Shown in pieces: positions 51,201 to 63,376 of a stretch of DNA of 64,000 nucleotides. Both the position numbers and the translations under genes were made by a program. Origin of the DNA: Phoronis australis (taxonomy: Eukaryota; Animalia; Phoronida); NCBI GenBank assembly GCA_002633005.1, contig NMRA01000543.1:224976-288975 (forward strand), read 5' to 3'. The notes beneath the pieces were generated by a model. The model did no database searches. It was given only the letters and a program-made list of their open reading frames with translations, and was not told the DNA's origin. Numbering within the stretch: position 1 is the stretch's first letter; each line of letters opens with the position of its first letter.

Positions 51201-52701
51201 TTAAATCTAATATCTGAATCTTCGGGGATCAGTCATCTGAAGGTCACGCATGAGAATGGTGTGTCGACTTGGAAATGTATCTTTTGCTCTGTAACCAGAA
51301 TGTGGCTGACTGGATAATGTCTCTTTGGGTTTTGATGATGATCGTCTACTATCAGTTAAGAGCCAGAGTTGTGTATGATATTGTTACATATTTTTTTCTA
51401 ATAAATGCGACTTTGTCTCTTAACAGGAGCCCTCTGCAGAGAAGGAAACGGAGGACTCTGTATCAGAGTCTGAGGTAGATGTGCATGGAGTGGCACATGG
51501 GAATATTGTAACATAGTCTCACTAGTTTAGCGATCACAGGTGTCGTGATTTTGAGAATGGATTCACTCTTAATTATTACGAATGTTTCAGAGTGTAAAAT
51601 ACAGTTACAGAATACTCTTTGCAGGAGTGAGATATCTGGTTCATCTTGTATCAGTAGGCATCATGCATTGTGTCATGGATGTTTAATAAACATCACGCAC
51701 GGTGTCATGAACGTTCATTAAACACTGCACTATGTCATGCGTGTTCAATAAACATCGTGCATCATACCAAGAATGTTCAATAAGGATTGTGCTCTGTGTG
51801 ACGAATGTTCAATAGACATGGTGCATCATGTCATGAATGTTCAGTAAACATTGTACATTATGCTATGAATGTTCAATAAACATTGTACATTATGCTATGA
51901 ATGTTCAATAAACATTGTACATTATGCTATGAATGTTCAATAAACATTGTACATTATGCTATAAATGTTCAATGAACATCAACAACATGAGCAACCTTAG
52001 TTTTGTTGATAAACCAAGCTTTCACCTTCACCTTAGAGTCTTGGTCAGGCGATGCATGAGAAATCCAGGACAGACATGAGGTAATCCTTAGATGATCGTG
52101 TGACCTAGAGTTCTTGCCCCGATGAAGAATCCTTTGGTGGATGAAGAATTGCTTGGGTGGTCGTTAATGTTTGGCTCCTCAGCAAAACTAAGGGTACTGT
52201 TCAGCAAACCAACATGTCGTGACATTCACTGTGTTTTGTCATGTGTCTATCTTGTGTTCATTCTTAACGCTTTTGAAATCTTACCATGATTCGGTTACTG
52301 TATTTTTTGATATATCTGTTATGTGTTTGTAGACTGGTACAATTAAAAACAATTTTACGTTAATTGACCTGCCTGTTACGGGCTCTTGCCCAGATGCCTG
52401 TAGCTTATTTTACAGCATGTAGTTGTCTGTTGATGAATGACATTTTACAAAAGACTGAGTGACGTCTGACTAATTGCATATTCTATTATTTTCAGGTCTC
52501 TACAAAATTTTTCTTTTGGCATGGTTCTGCCTGATGCATTTTGGTATTACAGGCTTGTGGAAAGCTTAATTAAGGAACTGCACATCACATATATGATTTC
52601 TTCCTTCATTGGACTGATTGTAGATTTCACGCACAAGTTAATATTGATGCCATTTGCTGTTACAGTTGAAAACAGACGGTGCAGGGGATGGAGAGGACTA
52701 G
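36252..52701 (+). CDS. SH3BGR: SH3 domain-binding glutamic acid-rich family protein; core join(36252-36299,38464-38634,40305-40406) plus acidic tail exons 41429-41479,43593-43673,44348-44593,(45056-45091?),46486-46536,47621-47671,48476-48526,50549-50587,51427-51474,52666-52701(stop)
   Basis: Core reads MASIQLFMSRVSGSGK|VKMEQAKMKNVLESKKIDYEEVDISSDEDQRNFMKENS...VPQLFKDGQYIG|NYDDFFNAVEDDMLEEFLQL, the SH3BGR thioredoxin-like fold; tail exons are all phase 0, AG/GT bounded and Glu/Asp/Ser/Thr rich. Core confidence high, exact tail composition less so. Confidence 0.85.
37755..37890 (+). repeat. 27-bp tandem repeat x3 derived from the end of a dispersed repeat (also ~8575-8665, ~46975-47075)
   Basis: GACGGGGAATTCCGGGTCATTTTGTCT repeated; same motif preceded by GCTTC.ACC.AG in the other two loci. 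Confidence 0.7.
49319..49460 (+). repeat. 69-bp direct tandem duplication
   Basis: AATATGTGCTTACTATACTACCTCAGTAACTGAGTTGGTATA.CCTTCTGACCGACCTGTCATAAAG starting at 49325 and 49394. Confidence 0.9.
50958..51120. mobile_element. Palindromic MITE-like element in SH3BGR intron
   Basis: GAGCAGGTAAAATTTCACTTACTATGAACTTGTTTGTTGT mirrored by ACAACAAACATGTACATAGTAAGCGAATTTGCACCAGCTC. Confidence 0.65.
51660..51980 (+). repeat. 32-bp minisatellite, ~10 copies
   Basis: Unit TGAATGTTCAATAAACATTGTACATTATGCTA; last four copies near-identical, earlier ones diverged. Confidence 0.9.
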
Positions 52702-53749
52702 GTGGACTTAGTGGAGTAAGGTGAGATGTTCTTCACTCTTTGGTCAGTCTCCAGTCCAGAATTTGAATCCACGTGCTTTGAAATTTTTAGGTTTTATTAT
52801 GGACTGCTGTTTAGAGCTCCCGACTCGAAAATTTGAAGCCACGTGCTTTGAGGACCAGGGGATTATGGATTATGGTTTAAAGTTTTTAATTAATAAAAGA
52901 TTCTTAATTTGTGAGTGACCTTTGGGAAGGTACCAACGGACCAAGTGCTTATTCCATGAAAAGTGGCTTTGCGTTCAAGTACTTCTGGTAGAAAATAGGT
53001 CATGGTTGAGTTTTACTTGACACTGCTGTTACTGAATAAAGTTTTTATAAATAAATTAATGTATTTGTTTGCATATCAGAGTTTAACTATACTTTGTGAG
53101 CTGTCTGTCTACCAGTTTTGAAAATTTTCTTAGATTTTTTGTTTTGCTGCGTTTTCACGGAATCGCTGCGCAGAAACAATAGTGGGGAGAGTTCGACAAA
53201 ATTTCTGAAACATAGCCTATGTCTTACTTGAATTTACATTCACGCATCTACGACATTCTGGTTTTTGATAAGTTGTGTTTGTGTCAAAGCTTTGTCAACA
53301 CGACAAGTGGCCATTCCTACTTTAACTCGGTGACACGTTGAACTGTCAAGAGACGTGGTTCCGTACTTAGATTTACTGCTTCGTTTATACTGGTTAGAAG
53401 TTTACATTGACCTTGCCTATGTTACGTTGTATTGGGATTTTAAAATATCTTACATTCTAGTGTCCTTTTGGGCCCTCAATCATTGACAGTCAGATTTGCC
53501 TATCTACTTTTAAGTGTTGAGAGGCAATTTTCACTGTCTTAGACCGAGTCCTGCTTGTGAGAAAATTCTGTAACAAAATTGACTCAAGACCGTCTTTTTT
53601 TGTTAAAGTCTTGAAAAGACGCGAGAAAATTCTATATTGAAATTGACTTGACACCGTCTTTTTGTAAAAGTCTTCAATGGAAAGATTTGCTTTCGTATTG
53701 CTCTTTTGTTTCAAGCTTCGTTTCACATTATGTTTGTTTTCTTGTGCAG

Positions 53750-56070
53750 GATCGAGTCGATAAGGACGTCGTTATTCATCCACTGTTTTCACCATTCATC
53801 AAGACTCAACACAGATCTGACAGAGCGATACTCCATCAACTGTAAATAGCAATTACCAAACGGTGGATGAATAGTGGCCAAGGCCGGAGAATCACTCGGG
53901 AGTTTCGCAAGAATTGTGCTTTGTTGTGATTTTTAACCTTTTCTAACAATCGTTGGTGAGGGACATGCATTCGTGTGTTAATTCCTTTGTAGCGTTTTAT
54001 CAACAATAACATCATAAGTTGCCATTCTAAGTTTTAGTACGAGTTCAGAAAGTTGGACATGGCCAGTAAAAATCAAACAGTGTAACTATCTGACTGCGTT
54101 TGATCGTCTGTCTTTGGCTTGTTCAAAATGTTATTGTATCATGTCTGGAGTGTGTTTCAAGCTTTGTTAAACAAGTTTGTGGTTAGATATATGCAAGACA
54201 CCTTGGGAACAGTGATTTTTCTTGCTTATTTCTTTATCTATGCATGTTGTGTTAGTAACAAAAGTTAGCCCTATTCTGTGACTGACAAACCTTGGTCATC
54301 TCATGCAGTCATTGATTAGTATGTATTTCTGTTACTACTACTGTATTTAAGTCGGAGAAGATGACTTTTCAGAGCTTTACTCTATACGGTATTACCAGCA
54401 TATCAAGGTATGTTTTACTGTTTAATTTGCGCTCTTTAATGCATGTATTGCTCAAGCTAGGAGTTGTGATGTACATTTTATTCTCTGTGGCTACGCTAGT
54501 GGCGGTGTCGAACTGAACTTGTTTAGCCACTGCAGGTAAACTACAGGTTTAGAGCTGTGTGTGTGCAACTAGTCATTAGTTAGCCAACATGGTGTAAGTC
54601 AAGGTAGACTCCCTAATTCCAATGCTAAATCAATATCTTGTCATTTTATTCTTACTGTTCATGCTATGTTTGTATGACAGCCAGGGGTTACAGCTTCTAT
54701 ATATAAATATATATGTCACGTACAAGTACACATGCGCTTTTAGCACCAAAAAAGTGGGTAGTCACCTAATTCTAGCTGCGCAAGTTGCAAAGCTTGTGGC
54801 TTAAACCACAAAGTAGGCCATCCTCCTCACGTAACATGCAAGCATTTTCACGAACCACATTATTTTCACACAAGTTGTATTTTTCGATTTCTCATGGATT
54901 CCGGTTTTGATCATACAAATGCATTTCTTGCCTCACGAACCCTATCTCTCACCTGAAAGCAGAAGTCGCACATGCTTAGTATGTTTGAGCATGTTTTGGG
55001 TACAATTTGTAGTAAGTGCGATTCATGAGGAAAAGAATATTTTCTGGAAATGCAGAATCTTGATGCCATGCATGAGAAATAAAACTCGTTAGAGCTGCAT
55101 TTGTGAGAAGCCATATTTATTATGAGGAAATGGGAAACCTAGTACACAGTCTGTTGGGTAGGAAATTGCCTTCCTTATTGTTAAGATGTTTAGGGTCAAA
55201 CGAATTCAGCACCTCGTTCAGTTCTTAAATTGACAAATGGTACGTATATGGACATGTGTCATGGGATCAAGAGATTGGTGGTTTGTACACGTGTCGAGCT
55301 GCTCCCCTGGCTGTTTTACATTGACGGTGCACGCCAAAAGTAATTGGACAGATTGACTCTCTCGTAATTCATGGTCATAACGGCTGAACACAAACATCAG
55401 TCATTGCCATAGTTGTTTGTCGGTATCGAAAATGATGGATACATTTAGTGGTTACCAAGGAAGAAATGCTTTCCTATTGGTCAGCTTTCGCCAGAATGAC
55501 TAATCGTTTGTAATAAGTGGAATTTGCAGAGGTGTCAGAGAAATGGTATTTTATGTTGTTGCTTTGGGCGTGTACTGCAATCCAAAATGTGCAATTGTTA
55601 GTCACTGAAGATGTAACCTTTTCACAGTCTGAAAGAATGGTTGTACACCAATGAACATTCAGAAGTACGGAAGTTTTGCAGAATTTCTTTTAATGTACCA
55701 ATGTTGCCATCCATCTTGTCAAATCACTAGGCCAGCGGCTAGGATAGTTAGAGGTTGGGTCTTCCCCGTTTAAAAAGGTAGTCCTAGGTTTTGTACTTTT
55801 TGTGGTCGGATTGTTCTATGTGGCAATACCAGTTTAGTTTTGTGTAATGTTTCAATTTTTAATCTGAATAGCCTACTCAGAGTTATCCATTTTAGTAGGC
55901 TAGCAACGTATGAAATATCCTGCGGTGCGAGTGATGATATTTCCTTGTGGCGTGATATTTATCCCATGCAGATTAATAGCCTGGGTGCCAGTACTCAGAT
56001 GGCTATGTGTATTCAGGGTTACTGGTTTAACTCCATTCATTGTGTACGACACAATTTCTTAGAATAAATA
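53750..56070 (+). other. Probable terminal exon/3'UTR of SH3BGR (coding 53750-53845 if the stop exon 52666-52720 is skipped)
   Basis: Strong acceptor TTTGTTTTCTTGTGCAG| at 53749; preceding exon ends AAG|GTGAGA at 52720; AATAAA near 56063 (further ones at ~56242 and ~56259). Confidence 0.55.
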
Positions 56071-56120
56071 TGCTATTATTATGAAAATGTTTAGTACTGT
56101 ACCAGCTCCTTTATTTGTCT

Positions 56121-56377
56121 CAGAGCTTGGAATGACCGCCAATGACAAAAGAGGAAAAAATTCCAGGTGATGTAAATTAATTTCCACAAATGTGCTTGTG
56201 TGATAGAAATATTTTTGTGGTGAATTCGAAAATTTTACTGAAATAAAATTTTTGCATGAATAAAATCAAAATAATGGTAATAACAGACGAAGAAAGTGGA
56301 AACTGGAAATCAAAAAAAAGGGAAATTTAAGTAAAAAACTAGAAAATACTCTTAAAAGAGGACAATTCCAAGCCCTG
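56121..56377 (+). mobile_element. Second copy of the CAGGG-ended 6-bp-TSD element (TSD TTGTCT)
   Basis: CAGAGCTTGGAAT...ATTCCAAGCCCTG, TTGTCT at 56115-56120 and 56378-56383. Confidence 0.8.
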
Positions 56378-59300
56378 TTGTCTTGCTTAGGAGGGAGGTA
56401 CTTCATCACACATACTTGTAGAAAACTAAACATTTCCCCAAGACATTAACATGGCGAAGCCGTTTGCTGCCATAATGCCGATTTCCAGTCATTTTTGACT
56501 ATTTTAAAACATAATTAGCCATCACAAGGAAACAGTATTTTGTCTGATTACTGTACTTTCATTCTAATCACAAGTAGGACTGAATGTTTTTGGTGGATAA
56601 GAATATGTCCAAAAATTAACCCAGCTCCTTTGGAGCACGGCCACAAACCAGTTCCATGTACATTTCATTTGTTGCAACTGACCAACTGGCTACTTTGCAT
56701 GGCGAGGTTTACTTTTTTCTTCATGTATTTAAGTTGGCATCCTTATTTTTCAACAGCACACCACTTATGTGACTCCAGTTGTTCACACGTCTTGCCAACA
56801 ATTTGAAAGCAAACTATTTCTGTTGGAAAGTATTGGTGATTGGCACTACTAGTTAAATGTGCTCCGGGCATCAAACACGAAAGAATTCTGAGAAATTATA
56901 ATCATTTATTGTTCTGTGATAATTGCCACAAATGCAATATTAAAAACAAATTTCACATTGCAGTTTGACAAAGTCCTTCAACTACAAGAAATATGACTTT
57001 ACTTATCTGTCACTTGATCGCGCTATTGATGCCAATCATGAAAAGCTGGCCTCCGTCCACTAACTACACTATCTTTGTAGCAACACTAGACTTCAAATCC
57101 CAAATGTGAGAGGCAGTTAATGGCAATTTAAAAAACCTTGAACTGAAACTACAAAATTTGGCTCCGTGTGAGAAACAACTTAGAAACGAATTCTCTACTT
57201 TCCAAGTCTAAAAATCACTGGAACGATTATTGTATCAGTTCACAGCTAATGTAAACTCCAATATAGTTGTGTAAAAACACGGACTATTTACCTAATCTGC
57301 CATTTCTACTTCGCATCAATAAACTGACAGCCAATTATATTCTCGCTACTAAATTACCAGGTGATAAGACTGCAAATGAGATTCGGACCGAGGTGATGTG
57401 GATGTTATGCACAAATGAAGCAGTTAAGTACAATCTATCACACAGTTAAGCAGTGAACTTTATCAACCTACACAGTTGACCAGGTTGCTAGCGCAGCATG
57501 TACCACGCATGCCAAAAATGATCGGACAAAAAAATTTTGGAACGTACTGTATTACAGTACAATATCTTCAATTTAGGACACAGGATCTACAGGGAAAATT
57601 TTAGTTCATTTTTCTGAGCAACAGGTGTCACACAAAATTCAATGGTTTCCATATTCACGTTCTGCACCACAGCTGCCACCAGACTTGAAAGATTGTGCGC
57701 ATATGGTAAAACATTAGATCTTGAAATATGATAAAGGGGAAATTTTGGCAAATTACTTTTGTCCAAAATTGGCAAGATTTTACCGTACCAAAACTGCATT
57801 TTCTATTGGATATATATAAAAAGATCTTAACAGGTCATACACCAACAGACACTTAGAACGAGACCAGACGTAGCATAAAAATATTTCCAAGAAGAAGCAC
57901 CCGGCATGTTTAATCAAGAAGGACCAGAAAACCAAAAGAAGTGTCTATCAATGTTCTCGTCGTAAATAAATCAAAACTCTGCCTACGTAGATAAACACAT
58001 TTGCTTTTCAAATTAAATGCTTGATTACATATGAAAAAAATTATGTTTTACACATGAAAATAAATCCAATTTTGAATACAAAAATAAACTCAATCAACAT
58101 GGAATCATTAGAACTGATTACGATCCAACAGCTCAGCTATATCGATTTGATCTTGATCATAATCAAACAGTACACAGCATCCTTCATTGAAAAAAGGCTC
58201 TCACTGGAAAGATATCAAATTTACCATCAAGTCTAAGTTTAAGGCGCCTACCTCTCAATACTCCATGAATACGTATTAGTTCTGATGCTAGCTACCTAGT
58301 GAATCACTAATGAACTATTTGCCTTCAAATCATAACCTAAAAATTACAATACTCGCTTGGATAATTTCCACCTATAAAATTTCCTAATTTTAAATGCTCG
58401 CGTTCAACGTAGCACCGCCCACCCAGCTCACTATGACCAAGACTTTCTTAAAGGTGTCCATGTCTTTGGGAACTCTCATCACACCAGGTCACAAAATGCG
58501 TGACCTACTTGAGACAAACAATCAGTTCCAACCAAAAGCACCTTATTCAGGCCGTACAATTTCCACTTTTCAATAGACAAAATCAAAATCCAGCTCGGAT
58601 GTATTTCACTTTTTTAAATCCTCTACAAACCAATTGTAAACAAGAAAAAAGGAATCCTAAGACCCTTGTCCTAGCTCATCTGAACTGTGGGAAATGCCTT
58701 TGCACGATTGAATCAACTGCAGGGGGTAAATACCCAAAAAGTTACCCATGCTCGGCTCACAGACCCCTGATTTTTGAATATCGCAGTGGAAATGTCCTGG
58801 GTATTGATCCAGACAAATTCAATAAATAATTTACTGTGATTCAAATGAATACCACACAAGTGACATATATGAACAAGATTTTAGAATGAAGTTTTGATTC
58901 AGCTACCATGATTGCGAAACAGAATAACATTTTGAAAACTCAGACACCGTCTACTAGTAGGCTAAAAAAACTGGAAGACTTTGGGTCGCTTATTAAAAGT
59001 TCCATTTGCATATCTATTAATCTTGTTAGCAAAAAATCGTTAACTGCCACAAATGAGTACATCACTTGCGCAGATTAACGGTATGGTCTGACATAACATG
59101 CCCGAACTTTGAGAACAGTTTTCTCCACTGAATAACAGGCATCAAACTGGTTCTCAAAATACAGGCACGTTATATCAGACTGTTGCTCAGATAAAATGCA
59201 TAAACATCTGAAAAATGCGATTGGAAAGGAAATTCGGGAGACAGTGCTCTTTTTCAACATAAACATTTTTATAAAGCACAATTTTCAAGGCGCTTCAAGG

Positions 59301-60066
59301 AGTGACTAACAAAATAAATGGTTCACAAATACAAGATCAGGAATGTCTAGTCAACAGTGTGAACTCTCCTTAACGATTGCAACAAGGGCAGTATTTTTCT
59401 TAGACTAGTTTACTACAAAACTATAAAAGCCATAGACCAAACTAACTTGTAGCAATAAAATTACACGATCAAATTGTGAGTGCATCATAAAAATAATCAA
59501 CTCATAAGTCATACAAATCTTTTTCAAAATGGAAAGCTACAAAAGAATGCTTTTCACTCGATCTACCGACAAAAAATTATTTTCCCCTTAAATTTCATTC
59601 TAAGCCAAATCAAAGGCAATTTGACGGAAAAAAATGATGTGGACCTGCCCCATAGTTATCAAAGGAAGAGTGATGGAAGATAAGGATGGCATAAAAACAC
59701 CCAAGCTTTTGTTGATCAGTAAGACCAACAAAACCACCCACCAAGAATTGGTCGGCCAATCAGTCAAGCCAACAAAACCACCCACCAAACCTTATTTGCA
59801 GAAGAACATAAAATGTAATGAGTTGGCTTTTCGCTGAATCGAATGGCTGAATGAGGCTACACAAACATGAGCATGAGACTAGAACTGGAACAAACCAATA
59901 GTCAGTGGTTACTTGCGTTTTAACCACAAAATAAATGATATCGATGATTACCACCGGGAACCGTCTTCAGGCACAGCCACTACTGGCTCATAGGATGAGG
60001 TATGTTTTGATGCAATAGCAAGAGTCACTTCCTCTTTATTTCCTAATTGTAGCATGTGACAATGGT

Positions 60067-60492
60067 TCATTCCGTTCCAAAGTACTTCATTCCAAAGTGA
60101 TTGGGCGCCACCGGGTGAACTTCTGAGGTCAGAATTTTGACCTCGGGAAATGTCTTGAGAAGAGTCTTCACACCTGTAATTAGCGACACATCGTCTTAGC
60201 ACACCTGTGCAATTATGGTCAAACAAATTAGGTCTCTTTGACACTTATAACTTATGTAAGTCACCTATTTCGGAAAGGAAAGTCGTTGTAGTACGGAAAT
60301 GTTTGAGATATCTTGTGAGAAGTCGAGTGAACTGGTTTAACCCATTTTAGGGGGTGAGCAAGAAGGAAATGCCCCTTTAAGACAAACACTTACTCATGGG
60401 TGTGGCAAACAGATTGAGAAGAATAACATTGTCAGGTTTTACACCATGCTCCTCTAGCACTTTGATTGCCGTGACAACGGTGTTCCCAGAAC
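60067..60492 (-). CDS. UPRT: Uracil phosphoribosyltransferase homolog, last two exons: complement(join(60394-60492,60067-60173)); 5' exons not found in window
   Basis: Translation SGNTVVTAIKVLEEHGVKPDNVILLNLFATPM|SVKTLLKTFPEVKILTSEVHPVAPNHFGMKYFGTE* matches the UPRT C-terminus (TGNTVIEAVKVLIEHGV...EVHPVAPTHFGQKYFGTD). Confidence 0.92.
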
Positions 60493-61880
60493 CTGAAAGT
60501 CATAAAGTATACAATGCCATCAGTCTCAGCCAGTCAAGAGAGGCGAATTCGAGTAAAAATCTACTTAACATCAAACAAGTTTAGCAGAGAAGATGGTGAA
60601 AGTTTTCGGTGTTAGTTTTACAATACAATTAAAATATTGATCAAAAAAGGCAGAACTACCAAAAATCGGTAAATGCACAATTCGTAGCTCTGAACCTACC
60701 CAGTGAAAATTAGTAAAAGGACCACATTTCGAAAAATTCGAGCCCCCCCATTTTTAGGCTGAGTGCGCGCATGACACCGACCTACTACAGCTGACAGTGT
60801 ATCGTTTTCAAAACTATGCCAACTGGGTAAGTGTCCTTGAAAAGCCACAAACAACAATACAAAATTCATCCTCAAACAACAGCAAGTATGAACATGCAGA
60901 AGAGGCAAAAAATTATACGGTCCGTTCAAATAAATCCATGCGTTATGGCGATCAATTTTCTCCACAGGAATGTTTTTTTAGGAATGTTGTTTACCAAAAC
61001 TACGAAACGCTTGTTGACCGATTACATAATTATTTAGTCATTTGTATGAAAAATGCTCATTAACTTTTAATTCAAAGCAAAGCAAAAAATGTCTTTGTGA
61101 CTATTGGTACCTTATTAGTCTTCTTTTTAGAATATAACTTGCCAAGCACTTCATTTTGTATTACGAGACAAGTAACAACAGCGTAGAGATGCCAGTACAT
61201 TGGAGAGCGCAGTTAAATGATAATGGCAATTCCTAGTTATATAGCCTGAACTTTCATTGGCAATAACTGTAAATTATTTTCCATGTGAAATATGGAAAGT
61301 AGCTCTTCCATATTTCACTGTTGGATAACAGGTATTGCATAGCCGTATAGTCATGAATGTACGATAGTTGTTTATAAACGGTGTTAATAAGTATAAACAG
61401 TGTTTATGAATATAAACGGTGTTTAAAAATGAAGAATTTAGCCTAACATCGACAAAACTACAGATTTAGCTCAGTGTAAGTATTGATTTTCTGAGAGAAG
61501 AGAGTTTATAAAATTTGATTTTTAATTTTATACCAATCTGGTACTACGTGACCATGTATTTTCAGTAAAATTTAGCAAAAAAGAAAGGTACACTGATAAC
61601 AAAATTGCGGTATCAAAAACATGACCAAATTTTGTTTGAAATAAACGTACAAGATGAAATCTCAAGAATTATGTTAGAACAATTTTCTAAACAACCATTT
61701 CGTTTTCATTATATGCCAATTTCGAGCTTTTTCCTATCAATCATAAAAGTCCTATTTTTTGATAGCCCCTCATACAAAAGTGAAAATTTTTAAAAACACT
61801 TCCAGTCAGCGTGACTGAGAATGGTGCAAAAAGTGTGGTCAATAGTGGCAATCTGACGGCAAAAAGGTCATAAAGAATTT

Positions 61881-63376
61881 AAACAAGAGCACCGTATACG
61901 GTATCCTTCTAGGGTTGTTTATTGGTACCATAAAGTGGCCAGTAGAGGGCATATATGTAGTATGTTGTACTTTGCAAAATGGAAAGGCATGGTCATTGTC
62001 TCCTCAATAGGCTAGGGGCAAAATGTGAGTGATCTTCATAATACAAGCACATCCTATACACCAGTTGCTTAAAGCACCACAGAAACATAGAATTAAAAAC
62101 AAATTTACCAACATACGAGATTAGCACAGCATTAGAATGCCAGAAACAAATTTCTACTTGGAACTTTTCCTTCACAGTCACAAAGTAACACAAAGTATAC
62201 ACCTGAAGACCTATGAAAATACAGAGGTCAATGTAAAATACTAAAATTGCCACTAGAGGCAAATACTAAAATTGCCACTAGAGGCATACCGGTAGTCAGA
62301 ATCATCCTAAAGTCGTCATCGTCCGTTGTCAACATCACATAAATACACTTGCTAAATTTAGTAAAGATCCTGCAAACGGTTTAGGAGATACAGCCATGGG
62401 CGCAAAAAAAAACTGCCACTAAGAGGCGCCACAGTAATCAAAGTCATGGGAAATTCAGCGTCAACCGTCCTCTTCATAGTAAGAACATACATGCCAATTT
62501 TCACAATCATACTTAGAGCGGTTTGGTTGATAGAGGGGTGGACGCCAAAAAACAGGCTCAAAAACAGTAAAAATGGCCACTGGGTGTCGCAAACTAGGTC
62601 GAATCCATCCGAAAACGGGAGGATAGTGTCATCACACTAATAGGTGCCTACATACCAAATTTCATGAAAATCCGCTAAGGACTTGTGAAGATTCAGAGGT
62701 AAACGTAAAAAAATAAAATTGCCACTAGGGGACACACTGGTAGGCGGATCCGTCCAAAAGTCGTCATAGTCTGTTGTTAACATCATATAAATACACTTAT
62801 TAAATTTCGTAAAGATCCTCTGAACCCTTTAGGAGATACAGCCATAGGCGCAAAAAACAAAACTGCCACTAGGAGGCGCCACAGTAGTCCAAATCGTCTG
62901 AAAACTATTTGTCAGCTGTCCTCTTTATAGTAAGCACATACATCCCAATTTTCACAATCATCCCTTGAGCGGTTTGGTTGATAGAGGGGTGGACGCAAAA
63001 ATACAGACTCGAAAAAAGTAAAAATGGCCACTAGGTGGCGCAAACTATGTCGAATCCATCTGAAAACGGGAGGATAGCGTCATATCACTAATAGGTGTCT
63101 ACATACCAAATTTCATGAAAATCCGTTCAGGACTTTTGAAGATACAAAGGCAAACGTAAAAAACTAAAATTGCCACTAGGGGACACACCGGTAGTCAGAT
63201 CTGTCCGAAAGTTCGCACATGCCGTCCCATTCATGAATGGAACATATGTGCCAAATTTCATGAACCTAAGTCAAAGGGTTTTGGAGATAAAGGTGCGGAC
63301 GCCGGACGGACGCCGCCCGGACGGACGGAGATGACGGCACAATGCGTCCACATATAAATATGTGGGCGCATAAAAA
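61881..63376 (+). mobile_element. Helentron/HINE-like non-autonomous element carrying an internal tandem array (UPRT intron)
   Basis: AAACAAGAG start, ~150-bp repeats (AAAATTGCCACTAG at ~62268, 62411, 62570, 62715, 62861, 63021, 63166), (GGAC)n microsatellite at ~63297-63330, 3' hairpin ATGCGTCCACAT-ATAAAT-ATGTGGGCGCAT then AAAAA. Confidence 0.65.

Noticed and set aside
51660-51980. CRISPR-like periodic repeat
   Set aside because: Units are contiguous with no unique spacers, no cas genes, eukaryotic intron: minisatellite.
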